Assembly (NCBI RefSeq): GCF_009914755.1
Contig: NC_060936.1
DNA: 64,000 nucleotides
Strand: one strand, 5' to 3'
Source of the DNA: the human T2T-CHM13v2.0 reference genome, Homo sapiens
This document shows positions 46,543-64,000 of this stretch, in pieces; the first letter of the stretch is position 1; each line of letters begins with the position of its first letter. The notes under the pieces are model-generated. The model ran no database searches and was not told where the DNA came from. It saw only the letters and a list, made by a program, of their open reading frames with translations. The translations under genes were made by a program, and so were the position numbers.

Positions 46543-48703
46543 TAGACTCATCTTTCTAAATAATGTTCATTTCAATGAAGATGTATAAGCCATTTCTAAT
46601 TAGAGTCACATTTCTAAAAAAGGCATATTTTGATACTGGATCAGTATACTGCCAAAACCTGCTAGAAAAAATGGAGAGGAAGACAGGCCCAACTAATGAG
46701 AGATGAGGCTCTGGGGTGTGTGTGGCTGAAATGTTGATAATCGTAAACAGCTTAATTGGGTTGAATACTTTGAGTAAATATCAAGTTAAATGGATTCACT
46801 CTGAATCCAAGCTCTGACCCACTGAAATTTTTATTTTCTCCAAAAAAAATTCTGTATCATAATTGCCTGTTTATTTTTCTGATCTCACCACTGGACTTGT
46901 AGCTCCTTGAGGAAGGTGACACCATGCGTTGCTCATGATTCTATCCTAGAGCCTAGCACAGGGGCTGATACTGGCAAAATGTTCAATATTCTCGTCTCTA
47001 TTCTCAGGACCAAGGGTAGCTCCACATAGTGAGGCAACACATTCCTTAGGCAACTAGAAATTCCATTTGGACAAGGCCTACAAATGTTTTATTACTATAT
47101 TCCCAGTACATGCTGGGTGCTCCATATATATGAATACCATTCTAATACTTACTATGTAAACTTGGGCAAGTTACTCTCTGTGCCTCAGTTTTCCTCTCCT
47201 CCATGCAAAAATAATAACAGTTCCTGCCTCATCGGGTTGTTGAGAGGATCAGGGACAGCCCCAGGCACGTAGTCAGTGCTCACAAAATGTTATCTCTTAA
47301 TATTCTCCTTCAAAATCGAAGCCAATGGCTCCCAAATATCAAGAATTAAAATATTTAAATACTGACATTTCCAGAGATGACGATTCTTATGCTGATCATT
47401 TTTATGCATTCAGGAAAAGGCAGCCAAAAGGATAACATGACTAAAATGTTTCACTTCTAAGAGCCCTTGAAGAAAATGCCCAAAAGGCAATTAGCACATG
47501 ACTGTCGCCTGTGTTGCTATTGCTCATTAGCTGATCCCATCCTCTGCTAATCAAACTGCTTCTTTGATATTTTTAGACCTTTTAAAAGAGGCTCCTCAAA
47601 ACTCAGGAAGCAATGCTTATTGGCAGATACCAAAGAATTTGAGACACCGTGAATATGGCATTCTCATAGAGAATGTGAGAATGGTGAGAGCATTCTGCAG
47701 GGTCTTTTAGAACCAGAGTAAGCAGTTTGGATGCTTCTTTAACCCTAACTAGCCTCCTCACCTTTTCACTTCCTGCCCCAACCAACAAACAGCCTTCCCA
47801 GTCCCCTGTTCCTTGTGTTCTATGGTTCAGGATTTAAATTGCCTCAGTAAAAGCACATTTGAGTCTCCTTCACTAAACAAACTCTAGCCAGAGCTGATTG
47901 AGTTAGCATCTGGGTCACGGGCTCATTCTAGGTTTTGAGTCCCAATTCTGATGCTGTTTGCCTGCTCTGTGACCTTACACTACCCATTTCACTTCTCTGA
48001 TGCTGAAAGCTCTCACCTGTAATAGAATCTCGTGAAGATTCAAGATAATGTTCATAAGGACTGAGTCCAAAATAATAGCTAAGGTTGATTTGTGATTGAC
48101 ATTTTTCAATGCTCTTGATGTTTTATGTGCATCCCAGCCATCTCCATGTTCTGGTATATGTAATGCCAGGCTCTTTTGTCCAGAAAAAGATGGCATAGTA
48201 TTGAGAAAAGAAATCTCCTCCTGATAAATCATCATTCTCTCAAGGTCGTCCTGGAGGTATATTTTTGTATTCTCCATGAGGTTAAAAATTATGTCAATGT
48301 TTTAAGAATAAGTAAATGGTACATTATATAGCCATGATCATGATAATAGAAGTAACTCATGTTATTGGCTGAGTACTTAATTGTGTGCCTTGTGCCATGC
48401 AAACCCCTTATGTGAGTTATGCAATTCCATGCAGTCTACAGTGCTAAGAGGCAGGCATTATTAATTCCATTTTACAGATGAGGAAGCCTGTCAACAAGGG
48501 TCATACAGCTGCTGGTTAGTGGACCATCCATCATTTTTAACCATTATGCTGTATTTCTCAACAAGGTAAACTTGACTTTTTACTGGGGGTGGGTGGGTTG
48601 AGAGAAAATATGCCCCCACTCTCAAAAGAAGAGCAGAAGGAAGGAAAACCACCCACTTTGAGAAGCTTTGGGGGATAGAAAAAACATTGACTGCATCTTA
48701 TAA

Positions 48704-49057
<354 letters not shown>

Positions 49058-49589
49058 CCAGGGCGTGTTTCAAGGACACCCTGTTCACCCCAGTAGTCCC
49101 TGAAGTTGACAACGGACAGACATTCCACAGGACTCTCAATCCACTCCATCCCCTCCAAGAACCCTGTGAAGTCTCCATCCCGTCTTTTGTAATGTCAGTA
49201 ATCACGAATATACCCTGTTCATTGAATGAAGCCTGGGATTATCTAATCAACCCAACTTTATCTTTGCCTCTCATTACTCCCTTCAGATATTTTCAGTGCA
49301 GGAAGCTCTTCTCTGGAGCCTGCATAAAAATGGTGTACCCAGTGCCTTTTCTGCTCACCCTTGGGTGACAGCCACTCTAGTAGTCTCTTTAAGTCACAAA
49401 ACACAGCCACAATTCAAAAACCAAAAGCATTGACATAAGATACTAAGCAACATTTCAACCTTCCCTCAAGGAGAAGAGTGGTCCTGTTCTCCTCCCTATT
49501 AAGGATGGTTTCAGGCAGGCCACCCAGGAGGGAGATGTGGGGTGTGCCCCTATCTTGAACCAGGGAGATCCCCAGCTCTTCTTTGCTTT

Positions 49590-50071
<482 letters not shown>

Positions 50072-50772
50072 TGAAGGTAATTTTGTTGGCTGAAGGTAAT
50101 TTTTTCAAAGTTCTCTACTACAATGCTCTGGTTCCCGCTCTCAACATATTTTCTACCAGCTGTGCACTCCCCTCAGATCCTAGTTTTTCAGAAGTCCACC
50201 CCATTCAGACTCATGATATTGGGGTGTCCTGCATACTGGTGGGAGTCATTATGGGCAGGATCCCAGGTTGCTGTTTCTGCCTTTGGTGTCACATCTGATC
50301 CCCAGGTTTCACACACCCCTGACATACCACTGAAGACAAGCACCACTTCCTGACGCAGCAGCTATTCTCCATCTCTCTACCTTCCTTGCCCCAGAAGCAC
50401 TTCCCAGCCTGCGTCTGTTCTCTGGATTTTCCAGGAGGGTGTCAGAGACCAGCCCACCAGTCCCCAGCTGCAGGGATCTCATCTTCAGCTCTTGAGCAAT
50501 CCCAATGGTGGCCTCTCCCTCATTCATTTTGAGGTGAAGGATAAAGCATCCTCTTCCCTTTGGGGTCAGGATTCAAAGCATCACAGAAGCTGTTGATGAA
50601 ATTGCTTCGTAAGTGCCTCTCTCCCTTTCCACTCTCTAGTTTTGTATTCTCAAAGTGGGTAAGAATTGAGAGATCCATTCTCCCATAGCTACCTTGAAGA
50701 TGCCTTCAGGGTGGTCTTTCTCACTTTCACTTGGTGTCTGATGCCTATCTTGAGCCCTCAGTCCATACCATC

Positions 50773-51735
50773 TGTATTAGTCCATTCTCACATTGCTATA
50801 AAAAAATACCTGAGTCTGGGTAACTTATACAGACAAGAGGTTTAATTGGCTCATGGCTCTGCAGGCTGCACAGGAAACATGGCAGCATCTACTTCTGGAG
50901 AAGCCTCAGGAAGCTTTTACTCATAGTGGAAGGCAAAGCAGGAGTGAGAGCCTTACATGGCAGGAGCAGGACCCAGAGAGAGAAGGGGAGATGCTACAGA
51001 CTTTTAAACAACCAGATCTTGTAACAACTTTATTGTAAGAACAGAACCAAGAGGTTAGTGCTAAACCATTCATGAAAGAACCACTCTTTGCTAAAGCATA
51101 GCAAGAGTGACCTTTACTCCAGTTCCCAGTAAGTTCCTTGTTTCCATCTGAGACCACCTCAGCCTGGACTTCATTGTCCATATTACTATCAGCATTTTGG
51201 TCACAACCATTTGGCAAGTCTCTAGGAAGTTCCAAACTTTCCCTCATCTTTCTGTCTTGTTCTGAGCCCTCCAAACTGTTCCAAACTCTGCCTATTACCT
51301 AGTTCCAAAGTCATCTCCACATTTTCAGGTATCTTTATAGCAATGCCTCACTCCCAGTATCAATTTTCTGTATTAGTCAGTTCTCACACTGCTATAAAGA
51401 ACTACCTGAGATTAATTTATGAGGAAAAGAGGTTTAATTGACTCTCAGGAAGCACAGTTGGGGAGGCCTCAGGAAACTTACAATCATGGCAAAAGGGCAA
51501 AGGGGAAGCAAGCACATCTTCACATGGCCAGTAGGAGAGAGAGAAAGTGAAGGGGGAAAGAGCTACACACTTTCAAAACAACTAGAGATCATGAGAATTC
51601 ATTCACTATTGTGAGAACAGCAAGGGGGAAATCCACCCACATGATCCAGTCGCCTTCTACCAGACCCCACCTCCAACACTGGGGATTACAGTTCAACCTG
51701 AGATTTGAATGGGGACATGGGTCCAAACCATATCA
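50773..51735 (-). mobile_element. Internally deleted MST/THE1 MaLR structure: partial LTR (50773-51085), internal 5' region (51086-51368), full LTR (51369-51735)
   Basis: Two TGTATTAGTC LTR ends. MaLR internal ORF relic (EGSEQDRKMRESLELPRD, ORF track 50921..51274). Flanks CCATC / CTATC. Confidence 0.88.
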
Positions 51736-52066
51736 CTATCCTGCCTGTTAGTCTATCCTGTTATCCTACCATTTACTAAGGGTTCACTGTGTGCCAGGTG
51801 ATTTACAAACAGTGTTTTGAAACCTGAGGACAACTTTGTGAGGAAGGTGTTATCACCTCTTTTTTACAGATAAGAAAACAAAGGCTCAGAATTTAAATAT
51901 GTTTATAAGATGTTGCACTGCTAATGGATGGAGAAGCTAACCCTGAAAACCAGCCCAGTCTGGCCCAAAAGTCTCAATATTTCCCTCTGCAACATGACCA
52001 GAGCTGCTAATAATTGCTGGGATGGAGTCTTGGCTTCATTCTCAAGTTTCTCAAATTTCACTTCCC

Positions 52067-52385
<319 letters not shown>

Positions 52386-52752
52386 ATTCACTTCCAGATG
52401 ATGCTCATACAGCTTTTATGAGCCCTCCTTGCTACCAAAGACTCTTAAGCTCAGAAGTTACAGGAGCATTTGAGAGGGTGGAGTGGGGGTGAGGGGGTTA
52501 TGACACTGTTCACCTCAGATGCAGCTGTCTCAGGGTCACTCACAAAACAAAGTGTCCCTTTTCTCCTTTTTTTTTTATATAAGAACATGGTCCTCCTGCA
52601 AATTGACTTGAAAGGAAGCCAGATTCCACTGTTCCTTGTCTGCCTGTGAAGGAAGATAGCCTCTTTCAGCACTTAAAGGACCTTAATCCATGATAGGGAA
52701 CTTCATGAAATGGCTGGGGATGTTGATCAGAGGTCAGATGGCCCCTAAGTAG

Positions 52753-53352
<600 letters not shown>

Positions 53353-54941
53353 CTCACCCTCTTCCTGGCTATCTGCTCTCTCTGTCCCTGCTCTCTTGCT
53401 CTCTCTCCTCTGTCTTTCTCACTCTCTCTCACCCTCTTTCTAGCTATCTGCTCTCTCCCTGCTTGCTCTCTCTCTTTCTCTCTCTCTCTCTTGTCTCTCT
53501 CCTACCTCTTTCCTTTCTTCTCCATTTCTCTCTCTCTCTTTCTCTGTCTACCCTCCATCATGACACCTAACAATATTTCTTAGTTCTTCCTATGCTTCCT
53601 TTTAGCTTTTTAAATAATTGTAACAATTTTATCTGTTTAAAAAGTGAACAGAAAAACCCTAGACAGCCTGTTCATTTGGACATCAAGGAAAGCAGACTTT
53701 CAGACCAATTGCTAGGCAATCCAATCCCACAGACTCCTTGTTTCGTTAATGTGCTTTCGTCTGCCTGGATTGTAATGGGTGTCTGTCTGTAATTGTGTAC
53801 TTTAGGTAAATAGATCATTAGATAAGATTGATAACAGAGTGGCTTAGGTAATGTTTTAAACCAAAAGCAGAAAATCATCGGGTGTCTCCAGCTGTAAATG
53901 ACAGGACCACAATTCATACAGTTTCAGTTAAGGGTCTGTCAGGGTTTTTCAGCATAAATCGCCATTTTCTGAAGGTTCACCTTTCTGCTTTAGCAAAGAA
54001 ACGGGGAGACTTTCTTTCCAGCTACAGCACAGTGCACGGGGCTCCAGGCAAATGGATGTGAGTTTGTTTGCATAAAGAACTTGATATCAAGTTACTGCTC
54101 ATTAATGTAGACCACAAAATGTTTTTACAAATAATTTCTTCATTTTGCAAAGGCTGGCTCTCAGCCTTTGCTGCTGCTCCAACCAGGGTCACAGAGCACT
54201 CAGACACTGTCTTTATGTTCTAGTAGCAGTAGAATTCAGGCTAACAGAGACAAAGCCAAAGAAATCTCTTCTTGGGTTAAAGAGGCAGAACAATCCAAAC
54301 CAATAGATTCTCCCAGTTCTGAAGATGGGGCCTCATCATCTAGAGCCACAGAATCATAGAGTAACCTTGCAGGGCATCTAACCAGCTTCCTATCCAAAAT
54401 GGGAGGATATGTAATGTTTTTGGCTATCAGGCACAGTATGAGCCATGGCTCTGCTATTTTCTTCCTGTTTGACCCTTGAACAAATCACCTCTCATGCCAA
54501 GCCTCAGTTTCCTTATCCACAAAATGGAGATAAAGACAGTGCCTACTTTTAAAAGTCTTGAAACTTGGGTAACCAGGGTGACTTGGTCTCCCTGAGAGAG
54601 GGCTGGCCTGAGGTGGGCACAGTACTAATAGGTGGTCTGATCTTCTACATTGTCTTCCTATTTGTTGGTAAAATTGTTGGCCTGGGTTCAGGCACATACT
54701 CAGAGCTCATTAAAACCAGACAGATTAGGAAGTTCCTCCCTTTAAGAAGCTTTCTCTAACTCTCTCCTTGTTTTCTTCCTCCCTAACTCTGTGCGGTTCC
54801 ACAGTCAGAGCCTTCATCATGCAACTGCTGATACGTCTGTGTCACCACCAGCAGCAGATTCATCAGAGCAGGAACAGCCATTAATGATCTTTGAATTCAT
54901 TCATTTATTCAAAACCCATTTGCAGCACACCTACTATGTAC

Positions 54942-55425
54942 TGACGCAGGGCAGACGAGCCTCAAAATTGGGGCTTAGCCCGGGAGGGTTCTTGGCTTTG
55001 CCCAGGGAAGAATTCAAGGTCAAGCTGGTAATGTTAGACAACAATTTTTATTGAAGTGGCAGTGTACAGCAGCAGCAGAACTGATGCTCCTTGCAGAGCA
55101 GGGCTGCCCCATAGGCAGTGTGCCACGAGTAGCAGCTCAGAGGCAGTTCTGCAGTCATATTTATACCCATTTTTAATTATATGCAAATTAAGGGGCAGAA
55201 TATGTGGAATTTTCTAGAAAAAGGGTGGTAATTTCCAGGTTGTCGGGTTGTTGCCATGGAAAGGGTAACTTCCAGTTGTTGCCATGGCAGTGGTAAGCTG
55301 ACATGGCATGCTGGTGGATGTGGCTCAGAAAAAACTGCTTCCACCTTGTCCCTGTTTTAGCTAGTCCTCAATTTACTCCAGTGTCCAAGTCCCACCTCCT
55401 CAGTCAAGTCCTGCCTCCTACCTCA
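54942..55425 (-). mobile_element. ERV1-class solo LTR (subfamily uncertain) inserted in an L2 3' end
   Basis: TG...CA termini. 4-bp TSD GTAC at 54938-54941 and 55426-55429. TTTATT (antisense poly(A) signal) at ~55047. Confidence 0.85.
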
Positions 55426-56438
55426 GTACCAGTTAAGCCCCATGGAAAAAAACATAATAAATATTTGTTGAACAAATTAATGCAACATCTTCCGCAAATA
55501 GTGGACCTATTATCTCCTTGTACAGCTACTTGCTCTAAACAGTACAAACTCTATTTAAAATGTATTGTTCTTTTTAAGTTTCCACTCATTCTTAACTTTA
55601 GATTTTCTGGATAATTCCAGAATATTCTAGAGGGCCATTTACTCCTGGAACCAGCCATCTTCAGTGAAATCTCTTTGAATATCTGAGATGAGGTGTTCTA
55701 TGGAAATCAAGTTTCCCTAGGTACTGCACCTTTTGCTTTGTTATTAGAATGATACATAGTTATCCATTTCATTTCATTTTATTTCATTCATTTCATTTAT
55801 ATTCATATTCATTCATTCACTCATATTTATTTCATTTTCTAGAGTTCCTCACCCATCTAATGCCATATTTCTTTCTAGAGACTTTAGCAAAGAACTCATG
55901 TCAATCTTTTATGAGATTGTTCAGACCATTTCCTTCCAAAATCTAGTGCAGAATATGACCAGAATTATCTCCTTCCCAATACAGTATCAGTCCCCAGATA
56001 CAGGCACTGTGGTGAACTTTCCCCAAAGTTTCCATCCAGTTTTCTTCCTTTATTGGCTCTTGGTCCATTTTTCACTTTATTCCTGTGTTTGTCCAAAGAT
56101 AAAATTCCTAGCAATGCAAATGAGAAATATATCAGATGTTTCACTTCAGGTTTGCAACAAAGGCCTGAAAAATTGGCCTTTCATCATTGCAGTATCTTGC
56201 ATCAGGACCAATTTTGCAATGTCTTGCATTTCTCTCTGTGTTCTGAAGTTCTTTTCCACTAGTAGAATTTTTCTAAATTATTTTATTCTCACCCAAATGC
56301 TTTAAAAAACAATTTTATTAAAGTATAACATACATAGAGAAAAGCACACAAATATAAGTACATAGTTTTATAAGTTTTTACACAGTGAAAAGATCCATGC
56401 AACCTCTTCACCAAAATCAAGATACAGACCATTACCAG

Positions 56439-57968
<1,530 letters not shown>

Positions 57969-58950
57969 ACCAGAACCCAAAAAACCCCCTCAAACATCCT
58001 CCCAGACATGGTCCTCCTTCTCCCCAATGGTAACCACCATCCTGACCTCTATCACCATCAATTATTTTTGCCTGTTTCTTGAATATCATATAAATGAATA
58101 ATATGGGGTATACTCTTTTGGATCTGGATTCATTTCACAATGTTATGTTTATGGGATTCACTTATATTTTTGTGCATAACTGTCATTTGTTCATTATCAT
58201 TGCTATATAGTATTCTACAATATGAATGTACCACAATTTATTTATCTGTTTACTTCTTGAAGGACTTTTGGGTTGTGTTTCAGGGAGAAGATGGGAGTGG
58301 AGCTATTACAAAATGCTATGAATGTTTTTTGTACAATGCCTTTTGGTGAATAAATGTAGATTTCCCATGAGTGGAATTGCTGGCCAGAGGAAATGCATAT
58401 GTTCAGCCTTATAAGCTTTATATGCTGCCAAACAGTTATCCATAGGGGTGGTTCAATTTATACTACCACCAGCAGTGAAGGAAATTTCCAGTTGCTCCAC
58501 ATCCTCAACAATCTTGGTATTGTGAGTGTTTTTAATGTCAGCTATTCTGGTGGGTGCTTAGTAGTATCATATTGTGGAAATGCTTTAATCTGCATTTCCT
58601 TAATGCCTAATGAGGTTGAGCATGTTTTTTTAGGTTTATTGGCCATTTGGATATATTCTTTCATGAAATGCCAGTTCAAGTCTCTTGTTCATTTTTCCGT
58701 TGTTATACACATCTCAGATCTACTTCCAGATGTGGGGAAACAAGCACTGGTGTAGGTGAGAGTGAAAATCTGTACATTCTTGGAACATGGTTTTAAATAC
58801 ACCAAGACCCTTTATGTAGTCATTTCACTTTTAGGTGTTGATTGCATGGAAATATTCCTAATAAGTACTGTCCTCAAGAATAAATATTGAGAATATTGAG
58901 TACTTATACATATATTTTTAAATATATAGATAGATGCTTATCACAGGTCT

Positions 58951-60641
58951 TTTTTTTTTTTTTTATTGATCATTCTTGGGTGTTTCTCACAGAGGGGGAT
59001 TTGGCACGGTCATAGGACAATAGTGGAGGGAAGGTCAGCAGATAAACAAGTGAACAAAGGTCTCTGGTTTTCCTAGGCAGAGGACCCTGCGGCCTTCCGC
59101 AGCGTTTGTGTCCCTGGGTACTTGAGATTAGGGAGTGGTGATGACTCTTAATGAGCATGCTGCCTTCAAGCATCTGTTTAACAAAGCACGTCTTGCACCG
59201 CCCTTAATCCATTTAACTCTGAGTGGACACAGCACATGTTTCAGAGAGCACAGGGTTGGGGGTAAGGTCACAGATCAACAGGATCCCAAGGCAGAAGAAT
59301 TTCTCTTAGTACAGAACAAAATGAAAAGTCTCCCATGTCTACTTCTTTCTACACAGACACGGCAACCATCCCATTTCTCAATCTTTTCCCCACCTTTCCC
59401 CCCTTTCTATTCCACAAAGCCGCCATTGTCATCCTGGCCCGTTCTCAATGAGCTGTTGGGCACACCTCCCAGACGGGGTGGTGGCCGGGCAGAGGGGCTC
59501 CTCACTTCCCAGTAGGGGCGGCCGGGCAGAGGCACCCCTCACCTCCCGGACGGGGCGGCTGGCCGGGCGGGGGGCTGACCCCCCCCCACCTCCCTCCCGG
59601 ACAGGGCGGCTGGCTGGGCAGAGGGGCTCCTCACTTCCCAGTAGGGGCGGCCGGGCAGAGGCGCCCCTCACCTCCCGGACGGGGCGGCTGGCCGGGCAGG
59701 GGGCTGACCCCCCCACCTCCCTCCCGGACTGGGCGGCTGGCCAGGCGGGGGGCTGACGCCCCCACCTCCCTCCCGGACGGGGCGGCTGGCCGGGCGGGGG
59801 GCTGACCCCCCCACCTCCCTCCCGGACAGGGTGGCTGCCGGGCGGAGACGCTCCTCACTTCCCAGACGGGGTGGCTGCCGGGCGGAGAGGCTCCTCACTT
59901 CTCAGATGGGGCGGCTGCCGGGCGGAGGGTCTCCTCACTTCTCAGACGGGGCGGCCGGGCGGAGACGCTCCTCACCTCCCAGACGGGGTGGCGGCCGGGC
60001 AGAGGCACTCCTCACATCCCAAACAGGGCGGCGGGGCAGAGGCGTTCCCCACATCCCAGACGATGGGCGGCGGGGCAGAGACGCTCCTCACTTCCTAGAT
60101 GTGATGGCGGCCGGGAAGAGGCGCTCCTCACTTCCCAGATGGGATGGCGGCCGGGCAGAGGCTGCAATCTCGGCACTTTGGGAGGCCAAGGCAGGCGGCT
60201 GGGAGGTGGAGGTTGTAGCGAGCCGAGATCATGCCACTGCACTCCAGCCTGGGCGCCATTGAGCACTGAGTGAACCAGACTCTGTCTGCAATCCCGGCAC
60301 CTCGGGAGGCCGAGGCTGGCGGATCACTCGCGGTTAGGAGCTGGAGACCAGCCCGGCCAACACAACGAAACCCCGTCTCCACCAAAAAAATACGAAAACC
60401 AGTCAGGCGTGGTGGCGCGCGCCTGCAATTGCAGGCACTCCGCAGGCTGAGGCAGGAGAATCAGGCAGGGAGGTTGCAGTGAGCCGAGATGGCAGCAGTA
60501 TAGTCCAGCTCCGGCTTGGCATGAGAGGGAGACCGTGGAAAGAGAGGGAGAGGGAGACCATGGGGAGAGGGAGACCATGGGGAGAGGGAGAGGGAGAGGG
60601 AGAGGGAGACGAGAGGGAGAGGGAGAGGGAGAGCTCAAGTC
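58951..60641 (-). mobile_element. Near full-length SVA retrotransposon (SVA_D-like), antisense to CCDC60
   Basis: Poly(T) at 58951, SINE-R to ~59460, GC-rich VNTR ~59470-60160, Alu-like domain ~60160-60520, (CCCTCT)n hexamer ~60520-60633. TSD TATCACAGGTCT at 58939-58950 and 60642-60653. Confidence 0.97.
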
Positions 60642-60654
60642 TATCACAGGTCTA

Positions 60655-61150
60655 TTTTATCAAAAATCTTTTAGTTGCAAGTAACAAAACCCTCTCAAAT
60701 TTACACAAGCAAAAAATATTGGAATCAGAGGTTCACATTACAGAAACTCTAAGGTTTCAGGCATAGCTAGATCCAAGAGTTTAGACAAAGTCATCAAGAA
60801 TCTGCCTATATTCATTGTCTCTATTTCCATTTGTGATGGTTTCATTCTCAGGCAAGAGCTCTTTATTGAGTGTCAAAATGGCCACCAGCAGCTCCAGGTT
60901 TAAATTCTTCTGGCTTAGGAACAGCAGGGAAAAAAAAATAAGCTTCTCTTTCTGTAAAGAAACATCAAGGGTCGCAAAAGAATCACCCCTGAGTTATTCA
61001 CTTGGAGCCCAGAGACCAGGGTTACCCACATTTGAGCAACATGTACTGAGGATGGAGAAGGGATAAGTCCCAAGATGAAAATCCAGGTGCTTTGATCAAA
61101 AGAAGGCAGCCCAACTGTTGACAAGACAAAAACAGTTAGTGTCTATTCCA
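60655..61150. mobile_element. Ancient MLT1K/L-like LTR adjoining the SVA insertion site
   Basis: TTTAGTTGCAAGTAACAAAACCC...TTCAGGCATAGCTAGATCCAAGAG...AAAATGGCCACCAGCAGCTCCAG. Confidence 0.55.
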
Positions 61151-61649
61151 TCAGCATTAATCATATTTTCAAAAAACTGGCAACAGCCCAAAATGTGCAC
61201 CAATAAGAGAATCAAATAATAAGTCATGTCCATGCATACTGTGGAATATTATGCAGCCACTAAAATGAACAAGGTTAAGTCCGTACATATAGACATGGAA
61301 AGATGGCCATTGTGCATAGTTTAATGAGGGGAGTGATCATTGTATGTACAGTATAATGAGTATGGCCATATAATTTATTGCCCAACTTGGACACTTTTCA
61401 GAGTAAAATGAGGTGCATCATCAGTTATCCTGGAAAAATACATATAAATTAAGATTGTCCTGGACAAACACATATGTATTGTGGCCAGAATTCTAATCCC
61501 ATTTTTATTTAAACATCTATCTTATATCTATAGCTGTGTCTATATCTATCTACTTACCTACTTGTATGTATTTATAATTTGTTTTTATTTAAGACTTGGA
61601 GGTTGATTCTAGGATGCATGAGAAGGGGCTTAGGGGAGACTCAGCCCCT

Positions 61650-64000
<2,351 letters not shown>

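Noticed and set aside
59135-60766. Cluster of Arg/Gly/Pro-rich ORFs and a CpG-island-like signal
   Set aside because: Entirely within the SVA VNTR and Alu-like domains.

Overview
This is hominoid genomic DNA, very probably human chr12q24. It contains the promoter, first coding exon and first ~29 kb of intron 1 of CCDC60 on the + strand. The ATG is at 34602 and 30 codons ([30 protein letters not shown]) end at a CAG|GTAAGT donor; the gene call rests on recalling the N-terminal peptide. The rest is repeat-dense non-coding DNA: about 29 Alus, many MaLR/ERVL/ERV1 LTRs, old L1/L2/MIR fragments, DNA-transposon relics and microsatellites. It also holds a 5'-inverted L1PA2-like insertion 60 bp into intron 1 and a near full-length antisense SVA. 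Almost all ORFs in the supplied track are repeat or microsatellite artefacts. I found no convincing novel biological system. The most interesting signals are structural or regulatory: an RFX X-box/CCAAT promoter with uORFs, a micro-inversion with inverted duplications at both breakpoints, a 272-bp locally templated insertion, two multi-level nested transposon stacks with target-site duplications (TSDs), an SVA with extra 5' bases, and a tailless U6 retrocopy. Repeat subfamily names come from recalled consensus sequences, not a RepeatMasker run.
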